Source: the human T2T-CHM13v2.0 reference genome, Homo sapiens. Taken from it: a stretch of DNA of 64,000 nt. The position numbers and the translations under genes were made by a program. The notes below the pieces were generated by a model. The model had not been told where the DNA came from and did no database searches. It saw only the letters and a program-made list of their open reading frames with translations. Below are positions 16,361 through 31,987 of this stretch, in pieces. How positions within the stretch are numbered: position 1 is the stretch's first letter; each line of letters opens with the position of its first letter. The stretch lies in the NCBI RefSeq assembly GCF_009914755.1, contig NC_060932.1. The stretch is one strand, 5' to 3'.

Positions 16361-17281
16361 GAATAGAACCTGCAACAAAGCTTAAGTCCTCAGACTTTAT
16401 TGGGAAAGTCAATGCCAGAGTTGCAAAAGTGAAGGAAAAATAAATGTGTCCTTGAAGGAGAAAAGGTAGCACATTGCCCAGAAGGCCATAGTTTCAGAAG
16501 AAAGCATCACATATTGTTCACAGTCAATAAGGAGGTCTTCCAAGCAGGTCATAAGAAACTCTTGCTACTCAACACAGTGTGACGTAGAAGGAAAGGAATG
16601 GAGTTTATCTGCTGGTTCATTCCATTTTCCTGACTCTCATTACTCTAAGTATGTCTGTTAAGCATTAAACTCCCACATTTTGAGTTGTGTTATTAGGTGC
16701 TGGGAAAGCCCTGTCTCAGGTCTCATGGCACAATATTTTATGAGTCTAGACATGACAAGAAGAACTACAGCTACTGTGGGTCCCATCAAGTCAGGCTTGG
16801 GCCCCTGAGCTGCTGAAGTTCCTTTGGTACTTTCACCACTTCTATTCAACATAGTACTAAAAGACTGAGCTAGAGCAATTAGGCATGAAAAAGAAATTAA
16901 AAACATCCACATTGGAAAGGAATAAGTAAAATTATCTCTTTGCAGATGATGTGATCATATATGTAGAAAACTCTGAAGATTCAACTAAAAAACTGTTAGA
17001 ACTAATAAATTCAGTGAAGTTGCAGGATACAAAATCAACATAAAAAAATCAGTGGTGTTTATATACACAAACAATGAGCTATCCAAAAAGGTAATTAAGA
17101 AAGCAATCCTGTTTACAATAGCAACCAAAACAAGTAAAAAGTAAAATGCTTATGAATAAACTTAACTAAAGAAGTGAAAGACTTGCACACGAAAATTAAA
17201 ATCCATTGATGAGGAAATTAAAGAAGATACAGCTAAATGGAAAGGCATGTCATGTTCCCATGGATTAGAAGAATTAATTGT

Positions 17282-17582
17282 TGGCTAAGCGTGGTGGCAC
17301 ATGCCTGTAATCCCAGCACTTTGGGAGGCCGAGGCAGGCGAACAGCTCAAGTCCAGGAATTCAAGACCAACCTGGGCAACATGGAGACTCCCCATCTCTA
17401 CGAAAAATACAAAAATTAGCCAGGCATGGTGACATGGATCTGCAGTCACAGCTACTCAGGAAGCTGAGGTGGGAGGATTGCTTGAGACCGGGAGGTCAAG
17501 GCTGCAGTGAGTCAAAATTGTGCCACTGCACTCCAGCCTATGTGACAGTGTGAGACCCCCTCTCCAAAGAAAAATGAAAAAA
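17282..17582 (+). mobile_element. AluJ nested in L1
   Basis: Alu consensus flanked by continuous L1 ORF2 sequence. Confidence 0.9.
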
Positions 17583-17819
17583 ATAATATTGTTAAAATGT
17601 CCGTACTACCCAAAGTGATCTACAGGTTCAGTGTAATCTCTATCAAAATCCCAATGGCATTCTTTACAGAAAAAAAAATCCTAAAATTCATAAGGAACCA
17701 CCAAAGATTACAAATAGCTAAAACAATCTTGAGCAAGAAGAACAAAGCTGGAGACATCAGATTTCCTGATTTCAAAATATATTACAAAGCTACAGTAGTT
17801 AAAACAGGATGGTACTAGC

Positions 17820-17972
17820 AAAAAAGAAGAAATAAGAAGAAGCAGCAGGAGGAGGAGGAAGAGGAAGAAGAAGAAGAAGAACAGGAGGAGGAGGAGGAAA
17901 AGGAGGAGGAAGAAGGAGAAGAAGAAGAACAATAACAAGAAGGAGGAGGAGGAGGAGAAGAAGAAGAAGACA
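17820..17972 (+). repeat. (GAA/GGA)n compound triplet repeat within L1
   Basis: Direct reading; source of the poly-L/F/S/P ORFs. Confidence 0.95.
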
Positions 17973-19313
17973 GACATATAAACCAATGGAACAGAATATA
18001 GAGTCCAGAAATAAATCCATGCATCTCCAGTCAACTATTCTTCATAATGGCTGCCAAGAACACACGAAGGGGAAAGAATAGTCTCTTCAACAAATGATGG
18101 TGGGAAAACTGGATCTCCACATGCACAAGAATGAAATTGGGCTCTTACTTCACACCATCCACAGAAATAAACTCAAAATGGATTAAAAACTTAAATGTGA
18201 AACCTGAAATTATAAACTTCTAGAAAAAACATAGGGGAAAAGCTTCTTGACACTGGTGTGGATGATTTCTTTTAATATGACACCAAAGTGAAGGCAACGA
18301 AAGCAAAAATAGTCAAGTTGGATTGAATCAAACTAAAAAACCTTCTGCTCAGCAAATGAAACAATCAAAACAGTGAAGAAGGCACCTACTAAATGGGAGA
18401 AAGTATTTGCAAACTATACATCTGACAAGGGGTTAATACCCAAAATATATAAGGAACTCGAGCAACTCAGTAGCAAGAAAACAACCTGGTTTTAAAATGA
18501 CCAAAGGTCTTGAAAAGACATTTCTCAAAAGAAGACATACAAATGGCTGACAGGTATATGGAAAAAAAAAATGTTCGTTTATCACCAATCATCAGGGAAA
18601 TACAAATTAAAACTACAATGTGTTAACTCCTCACACCTGTTAAGATGGATATTACAAAATAAACAAAAAATAACAAATGTTGGTGAGGTTGTGAAGAAAA
18701 GAGAACCCTTGCACAATGTCGGTGGGGATGTAAATTAGTGCAGCCATTATGGAGAACAATATGGAGGTTCCTCAAAAAATTAAAAATAAAAACTACCATA
18801 CCATCCAGCAATCCCACTACTGGGTATATATCCAAAGGAAAATCAGTATCTCAGAGAGATGTCTGCAATCCATGTTCATTGCAACATTACTCACAATAGC
18901 CAAGATATGGAATCAACCTAAGTGTTCATCAATGGATGAATGGATTAAATATATATATATGAATATTACTCAGCCTTTTAAAAAAAAGAAAATTTTGTCA
19001 TTTGCAACAACATGAATGAATCTGCAGGACATCATGCTAAGTGAAACACACCAGACACAGAGAGACAAACACTGCATGATCTCACTTATATGTGGAATCT
19101 AAAATAGCCTAACTCATAGAAACAGAGCAGGATAGTGGTTTTCAGGGGTTGAGGCAGTGGGGGAAATGGGGAGATGTTGGTCAATGGGTACAAAGTTTCA
19201 GTTTTGCAGGATGAATAAGTTTTGGAGATCTAATGTACAGCATCATGACTATAGTTAATAATACTCCATTACATGTTTAAAATTCACTAAGAGGGTAGAT
19301 TTTAAGTGTTCTC

Positions 19314-19314
<1 letters not shown>

Positions 19315-19347
<33 letters not shown>
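19315..19347 (+). repeat. (CA)n microsatellite
   Basis: About 16 CA units. Confidence 0.95.
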
Positions 19348-19349
<2 letters not shown>

Positions 19350-20421
19350 GGTAACTATGTGAGGTGATGGACATGTTTATTAGTTTGATTGTGATAATCA
19401 TTTCATAATGTATATACATACATTGAAAACATCAAGTTATATACCTTAAATATATACAGTTTGTGTTTGTCAATTATACCCTGATAAAGCTAAAAATACA
19501 ACAAAATAAAATTGACATTTAAAATATTTTCTAAAGTTTAAATGGTGGCCAAAAAATGCACTTTTTAGGGTTTAATGTTGACATCTAATAAAATGTTAAA
19601 GGCATCCAATGAAAGCTAAATATCATAATGATTTGATAACAGCCATTATTCTTCTTGAAAATACAAACACAAGTTCCTCTTGGATAGTGGGAAATTTACA
19701 TCATTTTTTTGTCTTTGAATTCCTATTGCCATTTCATGTTCCTACTGAGTTTTATCCTAGTAACACATTTTTATGCTTGAAAGTATTTTCTTGATCTCAA
19801 ATTATAGTTCTCTCTGATACAGATTTGCATATAAATTCAATTATTTTAGTTTTTATTTATTAAGACCATAAGGTTCTAAGTGATGGCTGGAAGGAAGGAA
19901 AGGAAGGAAGGAAGGAAGGAAAGTAGGTTCTGGATTGAGTTATTATTACAATTATTACTATACAATTAATAAAATATTTTGATAACTATTATTAAGAGTA
20001 AAATGTTATTGAATGTGCATATCTTCTTACTAAAATGAATAGGCTCCCTCTCAAGTAGTTCATGTATAAATAAATTAATATTGCCAATAATCATATTTAG
20101 ATGATCCATAATCAAAATTATTAGTAATGTTCTAGTAGCTGACAATTTAAGATGATCTTCATTTTGACAAAGGCAAAGAATTGGAAAGTACCTAATTTTC
20201 AAAAATATTTGTTACATAGTCACTAGTCAGTTTCTTTCTCAATTTCTGGGAAATATGCTAAAAAAATTTTTTTACCAAGTCTTATTAAAGGAACTCTTAG
20301 TTATACCACTTTCTCTTCTGCCTAGAAGACCTAAAGAATGAGTGTTGAGATTAACTGAAAAGAATTGCTTCAGTTTACCTACATGAAAGGAGAAAAGAAG
20401 TCATTTAAGCATTCATGATTC

Positions 20422-20630
20422 TTTTTTTTTTTTATTTTAAGTTTAAGTTCTGGGGTACTTGTGCAGGATGTGCAGGTTTGTTACATAGGTAAACGTGTGC
20501 CATGGTGGTTTGCTGCACCTATCAACCCATCACCTAGGTATTAAGCCCTGCATGCATCATCTATTTTTCCTAATGCTCTTCCTCCCCCAGTGCCACACCC
20601 AACAGACCCCAGTGTGTGTTGTTCCCCTCT
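20422..20630 (-). mobile_element. Short L1PA 3' end
   Basis: Poly-T then gtgcaggatgtgcaggtttgttacataggtaaacg. Confidence 0.9.
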
Positions 20631-21814
20631 GGCATTCACATTTCTGACTGAGGCTGTGTTTGCTTTGTTCTTACTGACTCTAGAGAAAGATACAGTCTTG
20701 GACAACGTTTTGAAAATAGAAGAGGCAAGGTTATTAAATGATCATTGCTATCATTCCCACCATGCTTCTCTTCAAAATTTCTAAATTTAGAACATTTGAA
20801 TACTTTGTTTTCTAATCCATGTTTCATCCATAACAAAAATATGTGTAAAACGGGCATAAACAGGAAGCCAATGGTGAGATTAAAGTTTCTCAATGATCAT
20901 TAAGGAAGATTTTCCTGCAACCAAGTTTTAGAATTGTCCCTTTGTCTGGCATCCTATAAGTTTCTGAGTCTGCAGATTTGGGATGGGTGAAGGGTATGGC
21001 TTTTATAATTAAGGGGAAAGGCTGCCTGTGAGCATAGCAGTGGGGAGGCTGAACTGGCAAGTCAAGAACTGCATACATGTGGTAATTCAACATCTAGAGA
21101 TTGATGCCTTTAAAACATCTGTATCCATGTATCCATCACCCTTGGAAAGCCTTGGTTAGAACCTCTAGTGAAGCCCATTCACAACATTCAGGGTGGACCA
21201 AACTCTGCTTCAATATCCTGTATCTCAGGGAACTCATCTTCTCCCCAAGAAGTTTGTTTCACTTTCAGCCTACTGTAATCATTAGAAAATATCACAGGAG
21301 ACTCTTGCCAAGTGAAAAATCAATCAACTGATAAGTTAAATTTGAGTGTTAAGTTTTTTAAAGTGTGGACTTTTTATTTGCCAATAAATTCTAGCTTTGC
21401 TTCATAACTGTTGGAAGATTTTGGATGACTGTCATCATCTTGCATAATCTCAGTTTATTCATCTGTAAACAGAAATGATAACACTGACCTTTCAGAGTAA
21501 CCATTCTTAAAGATTACAGATAATGTGTGAAAAGCCCCCAGCACAATGCGGGGCGTGATACAAACACTAAATGAAGAATTATTGTCATTTAACTAATTCC
21601 TGAGCCTTCTAACTGTCCCATCATGCAGCTCACATTTCTAGTACTGTTCCAGGAAATGGTAAAACACTTAGTCAAATGCCTCACAGCAGTGCAGATACAC
21701 TATTCTGCAGTATCCTCCCATAGCCCAGCACAGTAAGCCTTTTCCAAAGGAATGGAAGTTCGTAAGGCATGGCTTATTCTTTGTGAACTCTTGTTAGCTG
21801 CTGGTTTTCATCAC

Positions 21815-22206
<392 letters not shown>

Positions 22207-23718
22207 TAAAACGTTGCCCTGTATTAACATAAACTCATTGGTTAATAGCATAAAAAATCCACCTTCTCTTTCAAAAATTCATTCGTCCATTATCTCTTCC
22301 ATGTTTCACTATTCCCCAAAATTATCAAGGCGGATATGACAATCCTCTGCACAAGCTTCTTCCATTTGCTTGGGTGTCATTTCTTGGACTAAACATGCAC
22401 TTCTCCACTGAGTGAGGAATAAGAAATAGTGGGTCTTTTGAGGGTTGTTTTATTTTTACAATAACTGCTTTCAACCATATTCTGACAAATATCCCTTTGC
22501 TTTCTCTTAATCATGTCTTGGGCAGACCAAAGAATTTCCTTGTCATTTTCCATAAACAAAAATTCAGTCTATTTCAACATGTCAATCTCCTTTCTCATTT
22601 AAAACTTTCCCCATCCTGTCATCAGCTAAAATGTGGGAGGAGGACTTGGGGGTCAGGGAGAGCGGGAAGGGATATTGTCTACCCTTCAGCTCTTCTTCCT
22701 CCTCCAGCACCTCGGAGGGTCTGGGTGGGGATTCATGTTCTAGGCCAGTTCTGAGTCTAGTATTCCTCCATGCCTTCCCTTCCCAACGTTAACTACGCTA
22801 GCATTGAGGACGGGAGAAGAGAAAAGAGGGAGGGAAACATCTTCCCACATAAGTTGGGGGAGGCTGCCAGGAACCTGCGTTCTCACTTTGGCTCTGTTTT
22901 CCATCTGCTGCCGGAGGCTTCTGCTGATGTGATGCTTTCCAAGTGGGTGATGTGCGTGGTATTTTAGGGGAGATGTTCAGTTTCATCCTAATCCCCTGCG
23001 TTTCCAAGAACCACACCCTGCGAAGAGAAGGAGGCAGCTGTTTCCCTTCAGCTCTGACAGCAGCTCAAGCTTCAAACCCACTTTCTATAAATCCTGGAAT
23101 CTCATGCAGCCACTGCAATCCCTCATAAACTTTCAACTCACCTACTCCCTACAGGGAGGGGAGAAGCTAGGCCACTCCTCATCATGTCCATGATCTCCTT
23201 TCTCATCCCTTTCCCCATCTTCTTAGGTGAGCTGGGATGAGGTTCAGCTATGGGGGCTACTGCTGAACATGGAAAGGATAGTTTAGGCTCCTATTAAAAA
23301 ATCCTGTCAGAAATATTGGGTCCCAAGTTGATTTGCGTTCCTTAGAATATGAGGTACTTACCACTTCTGTGCACTCAGCTTATTACCGGACAACAGAAAA
23401 AGCTGTACTCAAAATCCTGTTACAAACCCATGGCTGCTTAATGGCCAGAACCATGGTGAGAATTGCAGGCCCCTTCCCATCTCAACCCCACGGGTCTCTG
23501 CCCTGTGCGAGGATGTGGGTCTCCACCTGAGAACCTCTGGCCTCTGTTTTCATAAGACCGTGTCTTTATATATGGAAACGAATAATTTCCTAGTCGCCCT
23601 TCAGCCTCCAACTTATCACAGACTATATCTTAGTTTCTTTAACTTCTTCAGGTTTAGTCTAAACGCTTCATCTGTGTTGCTGTCCTATAAACCCTAAGTG
23701 GTATGTACTCTGTTCTCA

Positions 23719-25187
<1,469 letters not shown>

Positions 25188-25225
25188 GTTGCTCTGCTTC
25201 TTAGTGGAGACCAAGGGGGTGGATA

Positions 25226-25690
25226 GGATTCATTCACTCATTCAACAAATACTTACTGAGAGCCTCTAATGTGCTAGGCAATTTTAAGTGACAGAACTGT
25301 AGAAGTGAACAAACCAGGCAAAAACAGATAATAAACAGTCAATGAAGTATCTATTCTGTCAGATAATTCTGGGTACGGTGGAGATAAACAAAAGAAGAAA
25401 GGGAGGTAGGGAGAGGCAGATGTGGGGATGAGAGACTGAGAGTGGGATGATTGTTTTAAATAGAGTTGCAAGGAAAGACCTGGTGGGGAAGGTGACCTTT
25501 GAGCAGAGCCGCAAGTAGAGATTACAGATAGGTCAGCAGACCGTTGGGGGAAAAGCATTCCAGGCAGAGGGAACGGCCAACACAAAGGCCTGGAGATGCA
25601 AACATGTAGAGCACGTTCCCACAAGAGCAGACAGCAAGTGTGGCTGGAGCAGTGAGGAGGGGCGAGTGGTAGGAAATGAGGTCAAAGAGG
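25226..25690 (-). mobile_element. L2 3' fragment
   Basis: attcattcactcattcaacaaatacttactgag terminus; agcattccaggcagagggaac. Confidence 0.85.
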
Positions 25691-28600
25691 ATGATCAAAG
25701 CCTCAGATATGTCATTCTTTAATTTTATGATTCAGTGCTGCATTTATGGAACACCCCTAAGCACCAGAAACAAAACCATGCCCAGGGGAGGCATTTAAAA
25801 AAAAAAAAAATACTAAAAGTAGCTACAGAAACTGTTTGGGTATCAACTCTATCAGAGGTAAACGGCAGTCTCTTTCTGGCTAAAATATAACGTTTTCAAG
25901 TCTCTTCTGCTACATCAAGCCATAGATAACCTACCAACCATCTATGATTAAGAGTTTTCAAATTTAGGCATGGTCTTTTAACTTGACTGTAACAAAAAAT
26001 ACCAACATAGGAGTAAATTCAATGGGAAATTTTACAACCAAACTATAAAGAAGCCTAATGTGGCAGTGGATTAACGCAAAATCCAGATACCTGTCTGTGT
26101 TCCTCAGACTCATCTCTTAGGGACATTTGTTTACCTTGAATTTTGCTGGGATTTACAGGCTTGGGGGAACAGTTCTGTGACAAGTGCCTATCAATACCTA
26201 CAGACAGCTCAAAAAGAAAGGCCTGGATTTCTTTTTCCTTGGCTTTCTTCTCGCCTCTCCCCACCCCCCGCCCCAGAGCAGAACACTGAAGGATCTGAGA
26301 GAAAAACCCTGCAGCTCATCAAGATCAAGGCAGGCATTATATTTCAAGTTGAAGTTCAAAACAGCTTGCTTTTTGCTGAGACGTCTTACTTCCTGAAATC
26401 AGATGATGCCTTTTAGTACTTCAGCGTGCTGAGTCACAAGCGAGCTACACACTCGCTCTTTCATTTCAGGCTGCCAGGCTGAGAACTCGTCTTCCTCCAT
26501 GGTAAAGGGAATGCAAGGACCCAGTTGAGAACACCTTTGGAAGAGGTTTCTGTGAAGCAGAAACCTCTCTCCTTGCTTTATTTTACCTTGAGGAAATTGG
26601 ACAGCCCAGAAGTAATTTTTTAAAAAACTCTGCACGTAATCTTTACATAATATCACCTACAGCTGCCTAAAGACTGCAGTGTTGATTTTATTTTAGCTTA
26701 TGTTTACCCATTTATTGTAGCGTATTCAAAGCACGGATGACAAAGATATTAGAAAATTCTAGCCCTCCAGAGAGCCATTCAGATTAGAGCCCTGGAAGCT
26801 GAGAAATAGTTGTTGCCCATGGCTCAGTCTTGCTGGAAGACAGGTTTTGGTGAATTAGTGACTAACCAATAAAAATTGGACAATTTCACATAAAAAATCC
26901 AAATTTGGAGATGCCTTTGGAAACTTGAAAGATCTGCTAACACTGGACTAAAATTTCTGCATAGGAACAATCGGCGACTCCTCAGCCAGACCCGGAGACA
27001 GAATGGGTGCTGGGAAAATATGACGTCCTCCCTGGGTCATCACTCACCTGATACCACTGCATTCCTCCCCAGTAGTGCCTGTCCCCGTCACATGCACCTG
27101 GAACCCTCACCCAGTCCAGCCACTTTGACAGATGAGGAAAGTGGGGTTCAGAGAATCATAATGACTTATCCAGTGTCACCCAATTAGGTAAAAGCAGGAG
27201 CCAAAAATCTTTCCAAGATGCTCTTATTCCCTGGGACTCCAGTTGTAAATGAAATTGGGCCACATTTGAAGCAGTGTTTCAGATGATATTAGCTCTGAAG
27301 TGATTTTAATTATAAATCATCACCAGAAACTAATGAAGGCATCAAAGCTGTGATACTGGTATAGATGGGAAAGGCTGGGGAAAAGTATAACTAGGAGATA
27401 AAACATTTCCTGAGGGATTTCAAATTTAAGTAATCTATATTTAAAATATCATGATTTTAGTGAGTCACAGAGTGGGGCAATGAAAACCTGGATAAAAATC
27501 ACATCCTCATTTAACTAGACTGAATAAATTGGAAACAATTATTCCTTGGATTTTTAGAGGCTTTTTTAAATACAAGAATTCTGCCCATCTATCTACTTCA
27601 TCATATTGATTCATGGTAATACATTAAATGAAAATAAATGAGTAATTATTGAAGCCCTTCAAGATTCTTTATAACCAATGATTTATTTTCCTTATAAGGT
27701 AAACTTATGCATTCTCTGAAAAAATTTTGTTTATACACTGGTAGATGTATTATAAATGTACATATAATACAAAAATATGCTGGCCCTGATAACCCTGGTG
27801 TTATTTTTTTCCTAATTGCATCAACAGAATAGAAATGGGAGTTTTCCTGAATTAATTTTTCTATACACTATTGGTACATAGTCATACTCCATCCTGCTTC
27901 CTAGGAAGCTCACACTCCACCTGCACCATCCTCAGATACTTTTCACCTTGAAAGGGCTTGAAAAGAAACCAGAATATTTCCATGGAAAAGTATGTAATCT
28001 GGAAATGAACTGCCACGCCTCCCGCTAACCAGATATAGCGATCACTGATGAGACAAGTGGAACATGCTACATGTTTTACAGTTCCACAGCTCTTTCAGCA
28101 GAGCCAGCAAATGAGAGGCTTCACTTCTTACCACATTAGCAGCCATCTAAACCTATGTAACAGTAAGAGATAGTCGAAGTACAATGCTGTTCAGTAATGC
28201 TGTAATGTCATTGGAAATCGCGGTTGCTAAAATTAAACTGACACTTGGCAGAAATTAGCATAACACTTTCCATCACAGCCTTATGACAGAAAGAGTGTCT
28301 GTGTGGCACAGGCAATGCTGAGAGCAGAGCTGTGCATCACAAGAGGGATCGACGTCTGAGGCCATGCAGAGAAAGCTTTGAAGGGATTGGAAACCCACAA
28401 TCACAAAAATGCTGCAGTCTCCCATCCCTTCACAGGGACACAGAAGTTGAAGCTCAAATTCAAACTCCAAACTTCTCTTTGTCTTCTGACTGTGTTTTTT
28501 CACCAGATGGGAGGAGGGGCTCCGTGTTTGGGCAAAGCAAAGGAAGGCTTTATTTTATCATCTGCCAGCATGGGTTTTCTCCGTCTCCTCCCCACCGCCC

Positions 28601-29344
28601 TCAGGATCAAGACAAACTCCTTAGGAGCACTCCTTAATTGGCACAGGGCTATTTTTAAGGCAATGGGAAGACACTCCTCTCCCCTGGGGCCCAGAATACG
28701 CCCTCCATGCTGGCAGTGTTTTGTTCTAACCTAAAGCATATGTCAGCTTCCTCACTACACAGCTCAGGAGTCCAGTGCAACTAAAGAGTTAAATTCCTTG
28801 GAAATAAGACCAGTGAAGACTTCTGGAGCTGTGCAGGTGCAGAATTACAGCCTGCCACTGCTCATCAGGCCACAGAGTCCCGAGCCCCTACATTTGGGTC
28901 TTCTTGTTTTGCCATTTAAAAAAAATTAATAAAAGAAATAAATTTCCATTCTCTCAGCATAGAAATGAGCACATAGTAGGTACTCTCAGTAAATATTTGT
29001 CAAATAGTCAACACGGTTTTAAAATATTTCATCCAAGCTCCTTTCAACCCCTGTAAGTCTCAGTCTGATTTCAGCTTTCCTAATCCACAGATGGCCAGTT
29101 TAGGGCCAGATCATCTGACATAAGAGCAAAAGGGCTATGTCCCCTTGTAGGAGGCAGGGCAAAGCTCTCTGCATTGTAATGAAGTCACCTTATTCAACGG
29201 CACGAATTCACACAGTTTAGAAGTCCAAGAATAATGAAACTGGTAAACATACAAACCAATCAGGCAAAATGAAAACCAAGGAAAGTTTATCTTTTCTTAG
29301 CCAAGAGGGGGAAAGGCCAAGGTATGTAAGACATACACCACAGA

Positions 29345-30523
29345 ATACTTTGTTCTTTCTTTTTTATTTAGTCACAACACATCAGTACAACAGAGGTCAA
29401 ACCCAGTTCAGTGGAGGTCGTTTAACTACACCTGCTAAAAGAATAAACCTGAAAAATGATATTTTATAGCCCAAATCAAATTAAATAAATCAAAGAGAAG
29501 GAGGCAGGAAAGCCCTTTTAAATACCTTGGCAACCACAGTTCCATGCACCAAAAGGAAAACTCACATAAAAATTTCCAGTTAAAAGAAAATATGGCAGTC
29601 CCAGGAAAATTAGGTTATGCATTTAACAGGTTCCACTGTACTACTCAATTGACCACTCGCACACCATGATCACTTATCCATGTTAACATTTGTGAATTTG
29701 AGATCCGTGTGATTAAAAATTCTTTGTGTTGCTGGGGCTGGTAAATGCAGGCGTATTCTATTCAATTACCTTCAGTTTCCTTTCCACCAACACTCCAAAT
29801 GAGACCTAACCTATCAGCGGCTCTCTCCTAACTAAATCAGAACTGCCAGTCCTGGCAGATACCAGCAGCTGGTCAGATGGATTCAGGGCCACCAACAGTT
29901 TGTACATTCACCTTTCTGCTATAGGAGGCAGACAATTTACTAGTCTTCTTTCTTGGATAAAGCTGATCATCTGATTTGTCAACGCTTTGCTCAGAAATAT
30001 AAAATTCAATATAGTTCCCCTCCCCCCAAAAGAATATTATTTATACAACACCTTAATCTGTCAAAATATTAACAAACAGAATCATGTTAACATTAAGCAT
30101 AGTGGTTTGGAAAATTAATTCTAAAAACAGACCATAACTATACAAGGAGAAAAACAGACCAAAAATACTAAATGTTAAGATTCCCCAAATTTTGAGGCAA
30201 AAACGGAATCATTCTGGTTTACAAAGTAAATTAGGCACAGTACAAACCTATCACAAAGTGTTGGCTTATACTCACTATTTCAATTTAATGTCTTGAACAA
30301 AATTTAACAACTAGTTTTTAAAAACTGCTAATACATGACATGATGAAAAAAACATTAAAAAAGAAAAAAGTAAACCAACAAACCTTTAGTCTTTAAAAAA
30401 AAAATTATCTGAAAGTGTACCTTTTTCCTTTTTACTTTTACTGACGACTTTAAGGTGATGTTGGCAACAGTCCAGCCCAGCTGGGATTTTAAACTTTCCC
30501 CTCCCTCATTCTACATCAGTTCT
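29345..30523 (-). other. HEY1: HEY1 3'UTR (AU-rich)
   Basis: Repeat-free AU-rich stretch between the stop codon and AATAAA; 3' end approximate. Confidence 0.85.
29363..29368 (-). terminator. Polyadenylation signal AATAAA
   Basis: tttatt on + strand; GU-rich downstream element (TCTGTGGTGTATGTCTT) follows on the minus strand. Confidence 0.85.
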
Positions 30524-31107
30524 TTAAAAAGCTCCGATCTCCGTCCCCCAAGGTCTATAGGGCTTGCCAAGGTTTGCAGCCTGCGTGGGTGCTGAAGGGC
30601 TCAGTGCATTGGGAGACAGTAAGTGGAAGGAGCCGAAAGAGAAGGGGAAGGCCGACAGGGAGGCCACTGAGGAGAGCAGAGGCGGCGACAGTTTGGAGGC
30701 GGAGGTGACCACAGGGAGCACCGGTCCGAGGCTGCCGCTAGGGGGCGCTCGCAAAGCAGGCGCCTCCGGATGTGCCGAGCCCAGCCTGCCCTGGTGGTGC
30801 GGTTCCGTGGGTGAGGCCGTGGTGCCCGCGTTCCCGTGGCCGTTCTGGGGCAGCAACAGCGGGTGCGCGATGTGCGGGTGATGTCCGAAGACGGTCCCCC
30901 AGGGAATGTGTCCGAGGCCCGCGTGGGCGCCGCTCGCGGCTTCCCGCTGGGAAGCGTAGTTGTTGAGATGCGAAACCAGTCGAACTCGAAGCGGGTCAGA
31001 GGCATCTAGTCCTTCAATGATGCTCAGATAACGCGCAACTTCTGCCAGGCATTCCCGAAATCCCAAACTCCGATAGTCCATAGCAAGGGCGTGCGCGTCA
31101 AAGTAAC
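30524..31107 (-). CDS. HEY1: HEY1 exon 5 coding part (Orange domain, YRPW and TEIGAF motifs, TAA)
   Basis: cttAG acceptor at 31109-31108; ORF 30524..31201 carries [13 protein letters not shown]...[13 protein letters not shown]; total CDS 89+76+84+82+584 = 915 nt. Confidence 0.99.
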
Positions 31108-31987
31108 CTAAGCAAAAGAACAAAAGAAAAATCTCAGGGCTTTGCCCGTTTCCCTCATTTCTTAAGTCCCAGAGACAGCCCTTCCTGGCAGATACCTGCA
31201 TCCCTTAAAACACAACAGTCAGGGGTTCTTCCGAAAGTCTTTGGAATCAACAAAAATCTTTGCATTAATCAACATAAGCAGAATGTGTTTGCTAATGCAA
31301 GTTCAAAGCCCAATTAGAAGCTGCAGAGCAGAAATTGGAATTATACCCTACCAGCAGATGAAACTATGTTCATTCCTTTAATGTTTTCCCTCAACAACAA
31401 CAAAAAAATACATCAAGGGCAGAGAAACCACAGAGCAGTGAAATTCATTAGACACACAGATGTAAGTTATCATCGCGGAGCTTTTAGGCACTTGGACCTC
31501 AGTAAAGCATTTTCCTGCTGGAGAGACATACACACAGACCTTGGTCTCCCGTTAGGTTTCCTTTACTTAACCAGAATACATTTCTTTCCTCAAGAGGCAT
31601 GTGGCAGCACCTTTTTTTTAAAATCCCGTATACCAAAAATAAGACCACATATTGTTTTTAAATGCTTTTTCTCAAAATAGCAATGGACAAATGTGAAAGC
31701 TACCTGATCTGAATCAGGGCTGTCACAACTTTTGAAGACCTCACAAATAATAGGTATTTTTCCAAAAGATGCACTAGCTCAATCCGCAGAGAGCTGGGGT
31801 GGTGAATTCACTGGAGAAGATTCTATGTGCATTCGAAAATGTACTGACAGGGAACTGCACACACCACACACCGTTCTCTCCCCACCCCCAAAGAAAAATC
31901 AGGCAGCTACTGCACCAATCCTGGCCTTCAGCCGCTGCTCACTCTTTGCCAACCATTCAGAGCCCCAACTAGGTCTAGGAGATGTAC

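Noticed and set aside
17597-19015. L1 ORF2-like peptides as an active reverse transcriptase
   Set aside because: Fragmented by stops, frameshifts and insertions; 5'-truncated fossil
30564-31005. Alternative-frame and antisense ORFs over exon 5 (134 aa, 105 aa)
   Set aside because: Shadows of a GC-rich coding exon; no independent evidence
31108-31201. N-terminal part of the 225-aa ORF (MQVSARKG...)
   Set aside because: Intron 4 read-through upstream of the true acceptor, including the polypyrimidine tract
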